This document shows positions 53,336 through 62,349 of a stretch of DNA of 64,000 nt, in pieces. The stretch covers positions 32,001 through 96,000 of the forward strand of contig CAVTHO010000003.1 in assembly GCA_963734545.1 (NCBI GenBank), read 5' to 3'. Source of the DNA: an uncultured Spirochaetota bacterium (GTDB lineage Bacteria; Spirochaetota; Spirochaetia; SZUA-6; Fen-1364). Positions within the stretch are counted from its first letter, which is position 1. Every line of letters begins with the position of its first letter. Made by a program: the position numbers and the translations under genes. The notes beneath the pieces were generated by a model. It was not told the origin of the DNA. It ran no database searches and worked only from the letters and a program-made list of their open reading frames with translations.

Positions 53336-54787
53336 TCAGCCACTTGCGGTCCGTGCATCTGTCGCAGCTTCCCCGGCTTCCCCGCTGCCGGGGGCTTCTT
53401 TCTTTCTGAGACTTTTCAGCACCGCGCCCTCGTTGTAGGCAAGGAAAACCGCCGTTGCGAGAACGCACACACACAGCGACACGACGGCGCTCACCCGGAT
53501 GCCGAGAGGATTCTCTACGGATTTTCCCAGCGTGAGAAAGAACGAGAACAGCAGGTTCCCGATCGCCATGCCGAGGTTGTCCACGAAGGCCCGGATCCCG
53601 AAAAACATCGCCGCCTTGAAGTCGCCGGTCTCGATGCCATCGGCTTCCGCGATGTCGGCCACGATCGCGTTGGGAATGATCCCCAGGGCCGCCATGGGCA
53701 GGGCGGCGAACGCCGCAACGGCGCAGGCGTACGGGAGCGCGCGCACGGGAAGGACGCCCATGACCGCGAAGAAGAGGAAGAGGAGGATGAGCAGGAAGAA
53801 TCCCGCGAGGAGCACTCTTTTCTTTCCCAGCCTCGCGGTGGCCTTGACGACGGGGTAGTAGAAGGCGAAGGAGAGAACGAACATCAGCGGCAGGAGGACG
53901 GAGGTGACCTCCTTGTCGAGCTTCAGCAGGGTGACCAGGTAGTAGACGAGCCCCACCTGCATCACCGTCTGACAGACGAAATAGAGAAGCTCCGTGACGA
54001 GCAGCAGGCGGAAATTCCTGTTGCGCAGGACCGAGCGAAGGGCCTGAATCGTCCCTTCCTTCGATACAGAGTGAGCCGCGTACTTCCTCTCGTCGATTAC
54101 GGCAACGGGCAGGAGCATGAGCACGAGGGAAAGCCCGCCGAAGACCATCTGAACCGCCTGGAAGGCGGAGACGGGGTCCATGCCGGATTGTTCGAAGACT
54201 CCCTGGAGCTGGTACACCTGGGTGCCGATGCCGAAGCCGAGAGCCCATGTCACGGAGATCATCGTGCTGATCAGCAGCCGTTCCCGGGGATTGTGCCCGA
54301 GCTCACTGATGAGCGCGTTGTATGGAGCCGTGTACATCACGAAAAAGAAGTAGAAGAGCAGGATGGCCGAAGCCAGCCATGCGGCATTGGCCCAGCCCGA
54401 CGCCAGGCTCGGCTGGCGGGAAAAATGCTGCAGCGGAACAAACACGAGCACCGAAAACAAGGAAAACGGAACGGCGCTCACGAGCATGAACAAGCGGCGC
54501 CGTCCCAGCCTTGCGGTTGAACGGTCGGACCAGGAAGCGATCAGGGGATTGGCAACGGAATCGAACGCCCTTCCGACAAAAGTGATCGCCCCGATCACCG
54601 TCAGCATGCCCGCAATCGCCCCCTGGTAGATGAAGGGCGGAAAGACTACGGTTGCAGCCGTGTCAGGCGGCATGTAGAAGTAATTGACCAGGTTGCCGAC
54701 CCCGTAAGAGGCCAGCGACCAGCCCAGCTGTCCGAGAGCGAAAATGATCAGCTTCGGGAATGGAAGCTTCTCTGGACCCCGCCGCAT
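53336..54787 (-). CDS. MFS transporter, glycoside-pentoside-hexuronide type
   Basis: ~12 TM; NPLIASWSD..GRRR, PYNALISEL, AIVADIAEAD. Confidence 0.88.
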   Translation of the reverse strand: MRRGPEKLPFPKLIIFALGQLGWSLASYGVGNLVNYFYMPPDTAATVVFPPFIYQGAIAGMLTVIGAITFVGRAFDSVANPLIASWSDRSTARLGRRRLFMLVSAVPFSLFSVLVFVPLQHFSRQPSLASGWANAAWLASAILLFYFFFVMYTAPYNALISELGHNPRERLLISTMISVTWALGFGIGTQVYQLQGVFEQSGMDPVSAFQAVQMVFGGLSLVLMLLPVAVIDERKYAAHSVSKEGTIQALRSVLRNRNFRLLLVTELLYFVCQTVMQVGLVYYLVTLLKLDKEVTSVLLPLMFVLSFAFYYPVVKATARLGKKRVLLAGFFLLILLFLFFAVMGVLPVRALPYACAVAAFAALPMAALGIIPNAIVADIAEADGIETGDFKAAMFFGIRAFVDNLGMAIGNLLFSFFLTLGKSVENPLGIRVSAVVSLCVCVLATAVFLAYNEGAVLKSLRKKEAPGSGEAGEAATDARTASG

Positions 54788-54833
54788 GAAGGCCTCCCCT
54801 GTTCTCAGCGTGAAACCGGAACCCGGTCCTTGC

Positions 54834-54850
54834 AGCAAGATCCGTGCCGA
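54834..54850 (-). promoter_or_regulatory. sigma54 -24/-12 promoter
   Basis: TCGGCACGGATCTTGCT upstream of the MFS gene. Confidence 0.6.
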
Positions 54851-55047
54851 GAGGAGAAATCCTCCTATCTCTTCCTCATATCAGGAATTATCATCTTCAT
54901 CTGAATGAAGGCCACGGAGCGCCCCTGCAACTCAGGTTGCCGCAGAGTCCGAAGCTGAAGACCTGCATGTCGATGTCCGATACGGTCCGCGCGATGCCAC
55001 GTCCCAGGCGCTGGGCAGGTGCCCTCTAAAGGTAGCTTCTTTGCCTG

Positions 55048-55082
55048 GCAGGAGAGCGGTGGTTCGAATCCACTCATCCCGA
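55048..55082 (+). repeat. tRNA-Pro 3' fragment (att-like, 35 bp)
   Basis: GCAGGAGAGCGGTGGTTCGAATCCACTCATCCCGA identical to 43838-43872. Confidence 0.95.
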
Positions 55083-55170
55083 AAGAATCAGAGGCTCCAA
55101 AATGAGTCTTGCCTTCCGCGCGAATCTGAAATATTTTTGTTGACAGGGGATCGCCTCGATAGATCCCTCT

Positions 55171-55221
55171 GGGTCCAGCCCATTCGGGGCTGGAGGTAAA
55201 GAATATGGTCGGGCCGCCATA
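55171..55221 (+). ncRNA. nhaA-I-like (Li+-I) riboswitch
   Basis: GGGT, hairpin CCAGCCC/GGGCTGG, AGGT, linker, TATGG-TCGGGCCG-CCATA; upstream of a cation/H+ antiporter; family match recalled, not searched. Confidence 0.7.
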
Positions 55222-55252
55222 GGGGAGAAGCAATGTGGCGGTCTTTTTATTT
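55212..55252 (+). terminator. intrinsic terminator overlapping riboswitch P2
   Basis: GGCCGCCAT...GTGGCGGTC followed by TTTTTATTT. Confidence 0.75.
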
Positions 55253-55319
55253 CGCCGGTGCTGATATGCCTTTCGCCGCATGCACGTCCCCGAATTCTCA
55301 CTCCGTGAAGGGGGAAGTC

Positions 55320-55448
55320 ATGAGCGGAACTACTATCTTCGTGATCGTCATCATCCTGATCTTTGTCGGCGTCATGGCGGGGTTCCAGATCTACATACAT
55401 TCGGGCAAGGACGACAGCGCAGAAAAGAAGGAGAACGCGCGGAAATGA
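55320..55448 (+). CDS. 42 aa single-TM microprotein
   Basis: MSGTTIFVIVIILIFVGVMAGFQIYIHSGKDDSAEKKENARK; stop overlaps the antiporter ATG. Confidence 0.65.
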   Translation: MSGTTIFVIVIILIFVGVMAGFQIYIHSGKDDSAEKKENARK

Positions 55449-56626
55449 ACGAGATCCTCCACCTGATGGAGTTCCAGATGACCTTCCTGCTCTTCGTTGC
55501 GCTCGCCGGCTACCTGCTCGCCTCCCGGATCAACCAATCCGCTGTCATTGGAGAGATCCTCGTGGGCCTCCTGGTGGGGCCCAGCGTACTTGGCTTGATC
55601 ACTTATACGGACTTCGTCTCCAGTCTCGCCCACCTGGGGGCGATCTTCCTCCTCTTCGTAGTCGGAATGGAGTTCAAGCTGGAGGATATTGCGAAGCCGC
55701 GCTATCTCCTGATCGCGATGGCGGGGGTGGTCGTCCCGTGGGTCATGGGATATGGCACGGCGGCCCTGTTCGGGTTCGCCTTCGGCGCCGCCCTGTTCGT
55801 CGGCACGGCGCTCACCGCAACGAGCATCGCAATCACCGCGAACGTGCTGAAGGAGATGGGGAAGCTGAAGACCGAGGCCGCGCGCGCCATCATTGGCGCC
55901 GCCGTCATCGACGACGTCCTGGGGCTTCTCGTGCTCGCGGTCAGCAATGGCGTGGTCGGAGGATCGCTGTCGGCGCTCGCGGTCGGCGGCCTGTTCCTCA
56001 AGGCGTTTCTCTTTCTCGGCGCCGGAGCCCTCGTCGGCCACTACGGCTTCCGGCGGCTCCTGGTGGCCATCGACGGAACATCCTTCACGAAGAGATATCC
56101 CGAGGTCACCTTCATCTTTGCCGCCATGATCGCGTTCCTTTACGGAGTGGCGGCTGAGGTCCTGGGCCTGTCGGCGATTGTCGGGGCATTCATAGCAGGA
56201 ACGTCCTTCGGCGGAATTGCTCTCCGGCACGGGAAGGACCTGCACCACGGATCGGAGGCGATCACCGCCATCTTCGCGTCGATTTTCTTCGTCTCCCTCG
56301 GCATCCTTGCCGATGTGCGCGCCCTGGATGGGCGCGTGCTCCTGTTCCTCGTGACGATCACGATCGTCGCCATCGCATCGAAGCTTCTTGGATGCGGAGG
56401 GACGGCGCTGCTGACGCGAAGCAGTCTCCGTGACTCCGCCGTCATCGGGTTCGGCATGTCGCCGCGGGGCGAAGTGGCGATGATCATCGCGCTGATCGGG
56501 CTGGATCGTGGATTGATCGGTCAGGACCTTTATGTCGCGATCATCCTCATGAGCCTCGTGACGACGATCCTGACACCGATCGTCCTCCGCAATTGGCTGT
56601 ACCGGGACGGGAAAGTGCGGGCCTGA
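55445..56626 (+). CDS. cation:proton antiporter (CPA2 family)
   Basis: GEILVGLLVGP, TATSIAIT, GAAVIDD, GAFIAG, PRGEV. Confidence 0.92.
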   Translation: MNEILHLMEFQMTFLLFVALAGYLLASRINQSAVIGEILVGLLVGPSVLGLITYTDFVSSLAHLGAIFLLFVVGMEFKLEDIAKPRYLLIAMAGVVVPWVMGYGTAALFGFAFGAALFVGTALTATSIAITANVLKEMGKLKTEAARAIIGAAVIDDVLGLLVLAVSNGVVGGSLSALAVGGLFLKAFLFLGAGALVGHYGFRRLLVAIDGTSFTKRYPEVTFIFAAMIAFLYGVAAEVLGLSAIVGAFIAGTSFGGIALRHGKDLHHGSEAITAIFASIFFVSLGILADVRALDGRVLLFLVTITIVAIASKLLGCGGTALLTRSSLRDSAVIGFGMSPRGEVAMIIALIGLDRGLIGQDLYVAIILMSLVTTILTPIVLRNWLYRDGKVRA

Positions 56627-56793
56627 GCCGTCGAACGCGTGTTTGGTGATATCGCACGGGGCTGTCGCACCTTGAGTCTTGACACCATATGATTTTGCTG
56701 GATACCTTATGATAGTTGCAGTGAGGGAGAACTCCAGAGTCTGCAGAAAAAACCGTTGGGGAGAGCGCGCGAGATACTTCGTGATACTGCGCC

Positions 56794-56840
56794 CCTGCTT
56801 GGGGAGCAGGAGAGCGGTGGTTCGAATCCACTCATCCCGA
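56794..56840 (+). repeat. tRNA-Pro 3' fragment (att-like, 47 bp, anticodon position GGG)
   Basis: Matches 43826-43872 except T>G at the wobble base. Confidence 0.95.
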
Positions 56841-56843
56841 CAC

Positions 56844-56917
56844 GCGTCCATAGCTCAGTTGGATAGAGCAACAGCCTTCTAAGCTGTGGGTCGCCTGTTC
56901 GAGTCAGGCTGGACGCG
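56844..56917 (+). tRNA. tRNA-Arg (TCT)
   Basis: GCGTCCA acceptor, ACAGC-CT-TCT-AA-GCTGT anticodon arm, GTTCGAGTC T-loop. Confidence 0.95.
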
Positions 56918-57109
56918 CTATTGATTCCAGATATTCTGACGGGCGAACCAACCGGCAGCCTGAAGTCGTGTTTCGCCGGCACAATGGCTGCGAGCATTGT
57001 ACCCATCTGCAATGCAGGTGCAACCTACGTTGCGGAAGGGTAAGAATTCAAAGCGCCCGCTCTTTCTTCTAATTCATTATTATCAAAGGAAATAGGAAAA
57101 AAGACCCGC

Positions 57110-57126
57110 CTGGCATGGGAATTGCT
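57110..57126 (+). promoter_or_regulatory. sigma54 -24/-12 promoter
   Basis: CTGGCATGGGAATTGCT preceded by an AT-rich tract. Confidence 0.7.
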
Positions 57127-57218
57127 GATTGATCAGCATGGGTGTCGCCGACAACTTTCATCCGAATGCGTCTGATCGCCCGGGTCGGGGGCACACATTA
57201 ACGGCGAGGGGGTCGCAT

Positions 57219-57896
57219 ATGTGGGGCAGGGACTGGCAAACAAGATCCGGCTTTTCGTCGGGATTCCACGCATCACTGATCGTCATTCTGATGATGGTGC
57301 CACTGGCAGCGCATGGAGAGTGGGAACTCCACACCTCAGCCTCGACTTTTATTGGCGACCTGGATCTCGAGGTGGATGGCGGCAAGGGCGGTCACTTTGA
57401 AAGTGATTACGAACTGGGATTCAGCTTTGGTCTGGCGTACTGGTTTGCCAAGGTTCCCGTCGTCGGCCTAGGGCTGGATGTTCAGGGAGGATTTGGTCAT
57501 GCGGGTTTCAACGCGTTTGGTCCCTGTGTGCTCATGCGAATTCCATTCGGTCAGAATTCCGCCTTCCCACATGGCAGAATTGTGCCCTACGTGGGAGCAG
57601 GGCCCGTTGTTCTGGCTATGGGCGACGAAGGTTTTGTGCTCAATGCAGAAGGGCTGCTTTTCAAAGCCGGCCTGGAGTGGATGATTCTCGGCTGGGCGGG
57701 GATCTCTATCGAAGCACGGTATCTGACGGGCGATCTGGAGGGGACCAGGACGGATAGCTACAGCGCATACTACCCCAGTGGAGGAGGTCCCTGGCCCTGG
57801 CGGGACCCATATTCGCAAACGTACTCCTTCACGAGCAAAGGCGTGGCTCAACTCGCCAATCTGCAGCTTGCCATTGGGATAGCTCTGCATTTTTAG
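57219..57896 (+). CDS. outer-membrane beta-barrel protein (start uncertain)
   Basis: Signal-like segment, alternating beta strands, PYVGAG, C-terminal Phe (IGIALHF). Confidence 0.7.
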   Translation: MWGRDWQTRSGFSSGFHASLIVILMMVPLAAHGEWELHTSASTFIGDLDLEVDGGKGGHFESDYELGFSFGLAYWFAKVPVVGLGLDVQGGFGHAGFNAFGPCVLMRIPFGQNSAFPHGRIVPYVGAGPVVLAMGDEGFVLNAEGLLFKAGLEWMILGWAGISIEARYLTGDLEGTRTDSYSAYYPSGGGPWPWRDPYSQTYSFTSKGVAQLANLQLAIGIALHF

Positions 57897-58013
57897 TGAA
57901 TGAGTTTGCATGCAGATGATTGACTTCCTGCCGGGTGATTGTCATTGTGAGGGCCTGCCTCGATCACGCGGGGTTTTCAGTCCATGACAAGGTGAGCGTT
58001 GGCAGTATCCAGA

Positions 58014-58511
58014 GTGAAGCACCTTCTGACAATAGTTCTCTCCCGGTGCCGGCTTTCAGAGGACGGCGTGCACGGGATCGCTCATTGGGGTCGGGTCCTG
58101 GAGAACGGCCGCCGGCTGGCGCCGCACACGGGTGCCGATCCGCGCGTCCTGGAGTATTTCGCGGTCCTGCACGATTCGCAGAGACACGGGGACGGGCGTG
58201 ACCCGGCTCACGGGTCACGTGCCGCGGCGTTGTCCCGGGAGCTGCGCGCCGAGATCGACCTCGATGAGCACGCGTTTGCCCTCCTCGTCGAGGCATGTGA
58301 CTGCCATACGCGCGGAGCTCCCGCGCATGCTGACGGCACCATATTGACGTGCCTGGATGCGGATCGCCTGGACATTCCCCGGGTGGGGATGAAGATCAGG
58401 GTGGAGCTGCTCTACACGAAGGCTGCGCGGGACCCTGAAATCCTCGCGTGGGCCTCGGACAGGGCCGCGCGGCGCGTGACGCCTGCTGTTCTGTCGGAGG
58501 AATGGGGCTGA
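58014..58511 (+). CDS. HD-domain protein
   Basis: HGIAHWGRV, LHD, HG, CHT, DADRLD. Confidence 0.85.
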   Translation: MKHLLTIVLSRCRLSEDGVHGIAHWGRVLENGRRLAPHTGADPRVLEYFAVLHDSQRHGDGRDPAHGSRAAALSRELRAEIDLDEHAFALLVEACDCHTRGAPAHADGTILTCLDADRLDIPRVGMKIRVELLYTKAARDPEILAWASDRAARRVTPAVLSEEWG

Positions 58512-58523
58512 AGGAGGAAGAAT

Positions 58524-58997
58524 ATGGAAGACGCAAAGCTGCGCGAGCAGCTCGCCACTTCACTGAGCTGGCACGGGGCCCATCTGACCTTTGATCAGGC
58601 TGTCAAAGGATTTTCGCAGGAGCTGATCGGCAGGCGGGTGCCCGACCTCGCCCACACGGCGTGGCAGCTCGTCTCTCACCTCTGGATCACCCAGTGGGAC
58701 ATTCTCGAGTTCATCAGGGACCCGTCACACAAGTCTCCACAGTGGCCCCAGGGCTACTGGCCGGGGGAAGATTCTCCCCGCCCATTGTCTCTCTGGGAGG
58801 ATACCCTCGGAAAGTTCAGAAGCGATCTCAAGGCGATTATCAGCCTGGTGCGGGACGGGAAGAACGATCTCTTTGTTCCCTTCCCTCACGGTGAGGGACA
58901 GACTCTTCTTCGCGAGGCCCTGCTCGTCATTGACCACAACTCGTACCATGTCGGCCAGCTCGTGGATCTCCGAAGGCTTCTCGGCAGCAACCCCTGA
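58524..58997 (+). CDS. DinB family protein
   Basis: WQLVSH..QWDIL, DHNSYHVGQ; AGGAGG RBS. Confidence 0.88.
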   Translation: MEDAKLREQLATSLSWHGAHLTFDQAVKGFSQELIGRRVPDLAHTAWQLVSHLWITQWDILEFIRDPSHKSPQWPQGYWPGEDSPRPLSLWEDTLGKFRSDLKAIISLVRDGKNDLFVPFPHGEGQTLLREALLVIDHNSYHVGQLVDLRRLLGSNP

Positions 58998-59012
58998 CGA
59001 AGGCGGAGGGCC

Positions 59013-59726
59013 TTACCGGCCTTTCATCAGCAGGCGCACATCGGTGACGATCTCGGACGGAGTGGCGTTTGCATCCAGGGACGCGCGGACCCTGCCGGAC
59101 GTGTCTATGATCCAGAACGGGACAGAATGCCCGACATCGTAGCCGCCGCCGAACTGTTCGATTATCCTTCCCGCCAGGGTGAGGTCCGGCTTCGAGAGCC
59201 CCCTGGTGACAAAGTCAGCTTCAGCGGCTGAATCGGAGTCTTTCCTGTGCGGAGTTTCGGCAGCAATTTCGACGCCGATCCCGTAGTTGGCCCACACGGC
59301 CTTTACCGACTCGAGAGGGCCCGTGACAAAAGACCATGCGTCCTCCAGCGCGAAAGCCCGGCTGTACGCGAGGTTTACTTCCGGGATGTCCCTTTTCGGA
59401 TCGGTTGTCACGGCCACAAAAGCTGCCTTGCCGGCGTCCCGGCCCAGAAGCGAAATGGCGTTCTTCACCTTCAGGGCAATGTAGGGACACGCATCCACGC
59501 AGTGCGTGTAGATGAATATGAGAACCACCACCCTGCCTTTTGTGTCCGCCATGTGAAACGCGGCGCCGTGTTGATCAGTTAGGGTGAAATCCGGGGCGGG
59601 AGACGCATGCTCCAGGACCGTGCCGACAAGGCCGGCTGCAGGCTGCTCGGTGTTGCCGCGGGCGGAAATCGAGAGCACGACACCGCACGCCAGGATCGCC
59701 GCGATTTGCACTTTCAACGGATTCAC
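59013..59726 (-). CDS. SCO family protein
   Basis: APDFTLTDQ, YTHCVDACP (CxxxC), DPKRD, conserved His in YDVGHS. Confidence 0.88.
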   Translation of the reverse strand: MNPLKVQIAAILACGVVLSISARGNTEQPAAGLVGTVLEHASPAPDFTLTDQHGAAFHMADTKGRVVVLIFIYTHCVDACPYIALKVKNAISLLGRDAGKAAFVAVTTDPKRDIPEVNLAYSRAFALEDAWSFVTGPLESVKAVWANYGIGVEIAAETPHRKDSDSAAEADFVTRGLSKPDLTLAGRIIEQFGGGYDVGHSVPFWIIDTSGRVRASLDANATPSEIVTDVRLLMKGR

Positions 59727-59882
59727 TGGAAGGGCTCCCTCTTCCCCCTAAGATACGTTTTCCTTCCGCTGCTGGAAAGCGTAGATTCTGAAAAGGGGAG
59801 GACCGGACATGCGCACACCTGCTCATACGCGGCTGATAATCCGGCGGATTCGACCTGCCGATATGATAAGGGTGGGAAGGGG

Positions 59883-60800
59883 TTGAGCATCCGTCCGGTC
59901 CTTTGCACGTTTCTGGTCCATCTGCTGCTGATCACATTTGCCTGCCCGAGGGTGCAGGGAGAGACCGGGAAGACCCTTCCACCTCTTTCCGCTTCCCTCG
60001 ATCGGATTCTTGCGACTTCGCCGGTCCAGTGGCGCATACCGTCACACGAAACATTCCGTTGGGAAATGTTCCCCGACATCATCGTTCTCGACACGATCAG
60101 TTTCGCGACTCAGGACCGGATGTTTACCCGCCTTGCCTACTTCCTGGAAAAACGGGGGTTTCGAGGCAGGCTTCTTCGCAACACCCAGCTCGCAGGCAGG
60201 CACGGGTGGAACGCGCATGACTATGGGCCGGCCGGACTCGCCTCCTTTTTCAATGCGGCGGCGGACGCCCAGTTTCCGCTGAATGCTGAAGAGGTGGCCC
60301 TTCGCACGCTTGCCCTGGAGCAGGGAATCCTTTCCCGGTTCGGGGGCCGTTTTCAGCCGGGCAGGGGCGGAGTTCTCGCGCTGTCACGCTCGTCTTCTCC
60401 AATAGAGCGCCGGTATCTGCTGACTCATGAATCCTTTCACGGGATATTCTTCTCTTCGCAGGAATACCGTGATTTCTGCTTCCAGTTGTGGGACTCCCTC
60501 ACACCGGGAGAGCGGGACTTCTACAGGAGCTTCCTTGATTCCCTCGGGTACGACGGCACCGATGATCTTCTCGCGGTGAACGAGTTCCAGGCGTATCTCA
60601 TGCAGCAGCCTCTCGCATACGCCGCTGATTTTTTTGGGCGGTTCACAAAGCAGCTTGCACGGAACGGTTCGCACGGCTCAATCGATCCGGCCCGGCTGCT
60701 CGCGAGCGCCCGATCGCTTGATGCATTCCTCCAGGATCGATTCGGAATCAGCGCGGGCGGGACGCTGCGCATGGGCTCGGGCACGGAGATGGCGCGATGA
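59883..60800 (+). CDS. hypothetical exported protein with HExxH motif
   Basis: Signal-like N-terminus; THESFH and downstream NEFQAY; start uncertain. Confidence 0.65.
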   Translation: MSIRPVLCTFLVHLLLITFACPRVQGETGKTLPPLSASLDRILATSPVQWRIPSHETFRWEMFPDIIVLDTISFATQDRMFTRLAYFLEKRGFRGRLLRNTQLAGRHGWNAHDYGPAGLASFFNAAADAQFPLNAEEVALRTLALEQGILSRFGGRFQPGRGGVLALSRSSSPIERRYLLTHESFHGIFFSSQEYRDFCFQLWDSLTPGERDFYRSFLDSLGYDGTDDLLAVNEFQAYLMQQPLAYAADFFGRFTKQLARNGSHGSIDPARLLASARSLDAFLQDRFGISAGGTLRMGSGTEMAR

Positions 60801-61396
60801 AGCGGTTTCTGATACGTCTTTCTCTGCTGCTCTTCGTGGGCAGTTTCCCTGCCCTGGCGCATCCGCATGTCTTCATCAATAACAAGATGACCGTGCTCTT
60901 CGAAGCCGGCATGCTCCAGGGAATATCCTTTCAGTGGACCTTCGACGACATGTTCTCCAACATGATCCTGTCTGATTACGATCCGATGCACACAGGCCAG
61001 TTCGATGCGCCGCGTGTCAAGGCAGTGAAACAGGGAGCATTCGATAACCTGGAGAACTACCACTATTTTGTCGCGATGACCATCGGAGCCAGGCCGGTGT
61101 CGCACTTCACGATAGAAAGATTCATGCCGAGCGTCACTGAAACGAAAAAGCTCGTGTACAGCTTCTTCATTCCATTGAAGATCGCGGTACAGGCGAAAGA
61201 GCAGTCGGTACGGCTGACCGTGTACGATGACACGTACTTCGTCGCCTTCGATCTGCTTCACCTCGAGGATGTCACAGTCACGGCGGGCCCGGACATCGCA
61301 TGTGACCTTGCAATAGAAAAGACGAAAGTGAAACCTCAGTGGCCGGGCCAATACATGCCCGATCAGCTTGTCATCAGATTCAAGGGGAGCTCATGA
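60797..61396 (+). CDS. DUF1007 family periplasmic protein
   Basis: ALA-HPHVFI mature N-terminus, WTFDDMFS, YDDTYF. Confidence 0.88.
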   Translation: MKRFLIRLSLLLFVGSFPALAHPHVFINNKMTVLFEAGMLQGISFQWTFDDMFSNMILSDYDPMHTGQFDAPRVKAVKQGAFDNLENYHYFVAMTIGARPVSHFTIERFMPSVTETKKLVYSFFIPLKIAVQAKEQSVRLTVYDDTYFVAFDLLHLEDVTVTAGPDIACDLAIEKTKVKPQWPGQYMPDQLVIRFKGSS

Positions 61397-62295
61397 AGCG
61401 TCTTGTTTTCGTTCTCTGTTTGATCATGGTTGCGGCGGCCAGCTTCTGCCAGGTGGGATCCAATCCCTTCACCGCGAAAGACTCGGCGCCCCGGACGGGA
61501 TATCCCGGATTCGCGTCCGGAATATCGGCATTCTTCTTCAACGCGATGGCTCCGGTCCAGAAAACCCTCAATGAGAGCCTCGCCGCAATCACCCGGTCTC
61601 TCCAGGGATCGCGATCGCTGGGAGGCCTCCTTTTTGTGGTCCTTATTTCGCTCGCCTATGGCATGTTCCACGCGGCAGGCCCCGGCCACGGGAAGACGAT
61701 CGTGTCATCCTACTTCCTGGCGAACGAGGCAAAGCTGAGGCACAGCTTCATGATCGGATACCTTATCGCCGGCGTGCACGCTCTCGCGGCACTTGCCGTC
61801 GTCCTCATTCTCTACTACGCAATCCGGGGGCTGTTCTCAACAGGGATCGAGCAGGCAAACCACTATATCCAGCTCGCCACGTTCGCGGTCATCGCCGTGC
61901 TGGGCGCAGTCATGCTCATCGGGAGGATTAAAGGAACCAGCCATCATCACGTCCACGCGCAGGACAGGAGGAGCGGAATCACCTTTCGGAGCCTGTTCAG
62001 CATCGCGGTCCCCGCAGGTGTCATACCGTGCCCCGGCGCCGTGGCTGTCATACTTTTCGCCCTCTCGCTGCACATGCTCGGAGTCAGCGTGCTGTCTGTT
62101 GTCTCGATCTCACTGGGAATGGGCATCACGATCAGCGTGACGGGCGCGCTCGTCATCCTGGCAAAGCGCGGCGCCGTCAGGGTGCTGGCAGGAGGTGACA
62201 CGCACCGAGACTCGGTTGTCCGCAGAATCATTGAGATAGGCGGTGCCGCTATCCTGTTCCTGTTCGGTCTGGCGCTCTTTCTCGCGCAGGTGTGA
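61393..62295 (+). CDS. nickel/cobalt transporter (RcnA/NicO family)
   Basis: HAAGPGHGK, His-rich loop, PCP motif. Confidence 0.88.
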   Translation: MKRLVFVLCLIMVAAASFCQVGSNPFTAKDSAPRTGYPGFASGISAFFFNAMAPVQKTLNESLAAITRSLQGSRSLGGLLFVVLISLAYGMFHAAGPGHGKTIVSSYFLANEAKLRHSFMIGYLIAGVHALAALAVVLILYYAIRGLFSTGIEQANHYIQLATFAVIAVLGAVMLIGRIKGTSHHHVHAQDRRSGITFRSLFSIAVPAGVIPCPGAVAVILFALSLHMLGVSVLSVVSISLGMGITISVTGALVILAKRGAVRVLAGGDTHRDSVVRRIIEIGGAAILFLFGLALFLAQV

Positions 62296-62349
62296 GCGGG
62301 AACCGGGGGAGCTGCGCCGGACTCTCTCGCAGGAGCCGCACCGGGTGCG

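Larger units (their letters stand above)
43873..55082. mobile_element. genomic island A at tRNA-Pro (no integrase visible)
   Basis: Flanked by tRNA-Pro and an exact 35 bp copy of its 3' end; left part visibly AT-richer than flanks. Confidence 0.75.
55083..56840. mobile_element. mini island B (riboswitch + antiporter) between two tRNA-Pro 3' copies
   Basis: Bounded by att-like repeats at 55048-55082 and 56794-56840; no mobility gene. Confidence 0.65.

Noticed and set aside
55048-56840. Additional tRNA-Pro genes
   Set aside because: Both copies lack the 5' acceptor strand and D arm; treated as att-like fragments
56918-58000. Island integrated at tRNA-Arg
   Set aside because: Composition is atypical, but I found no duplicated tRNA-Arg 3' end or integrase downstream
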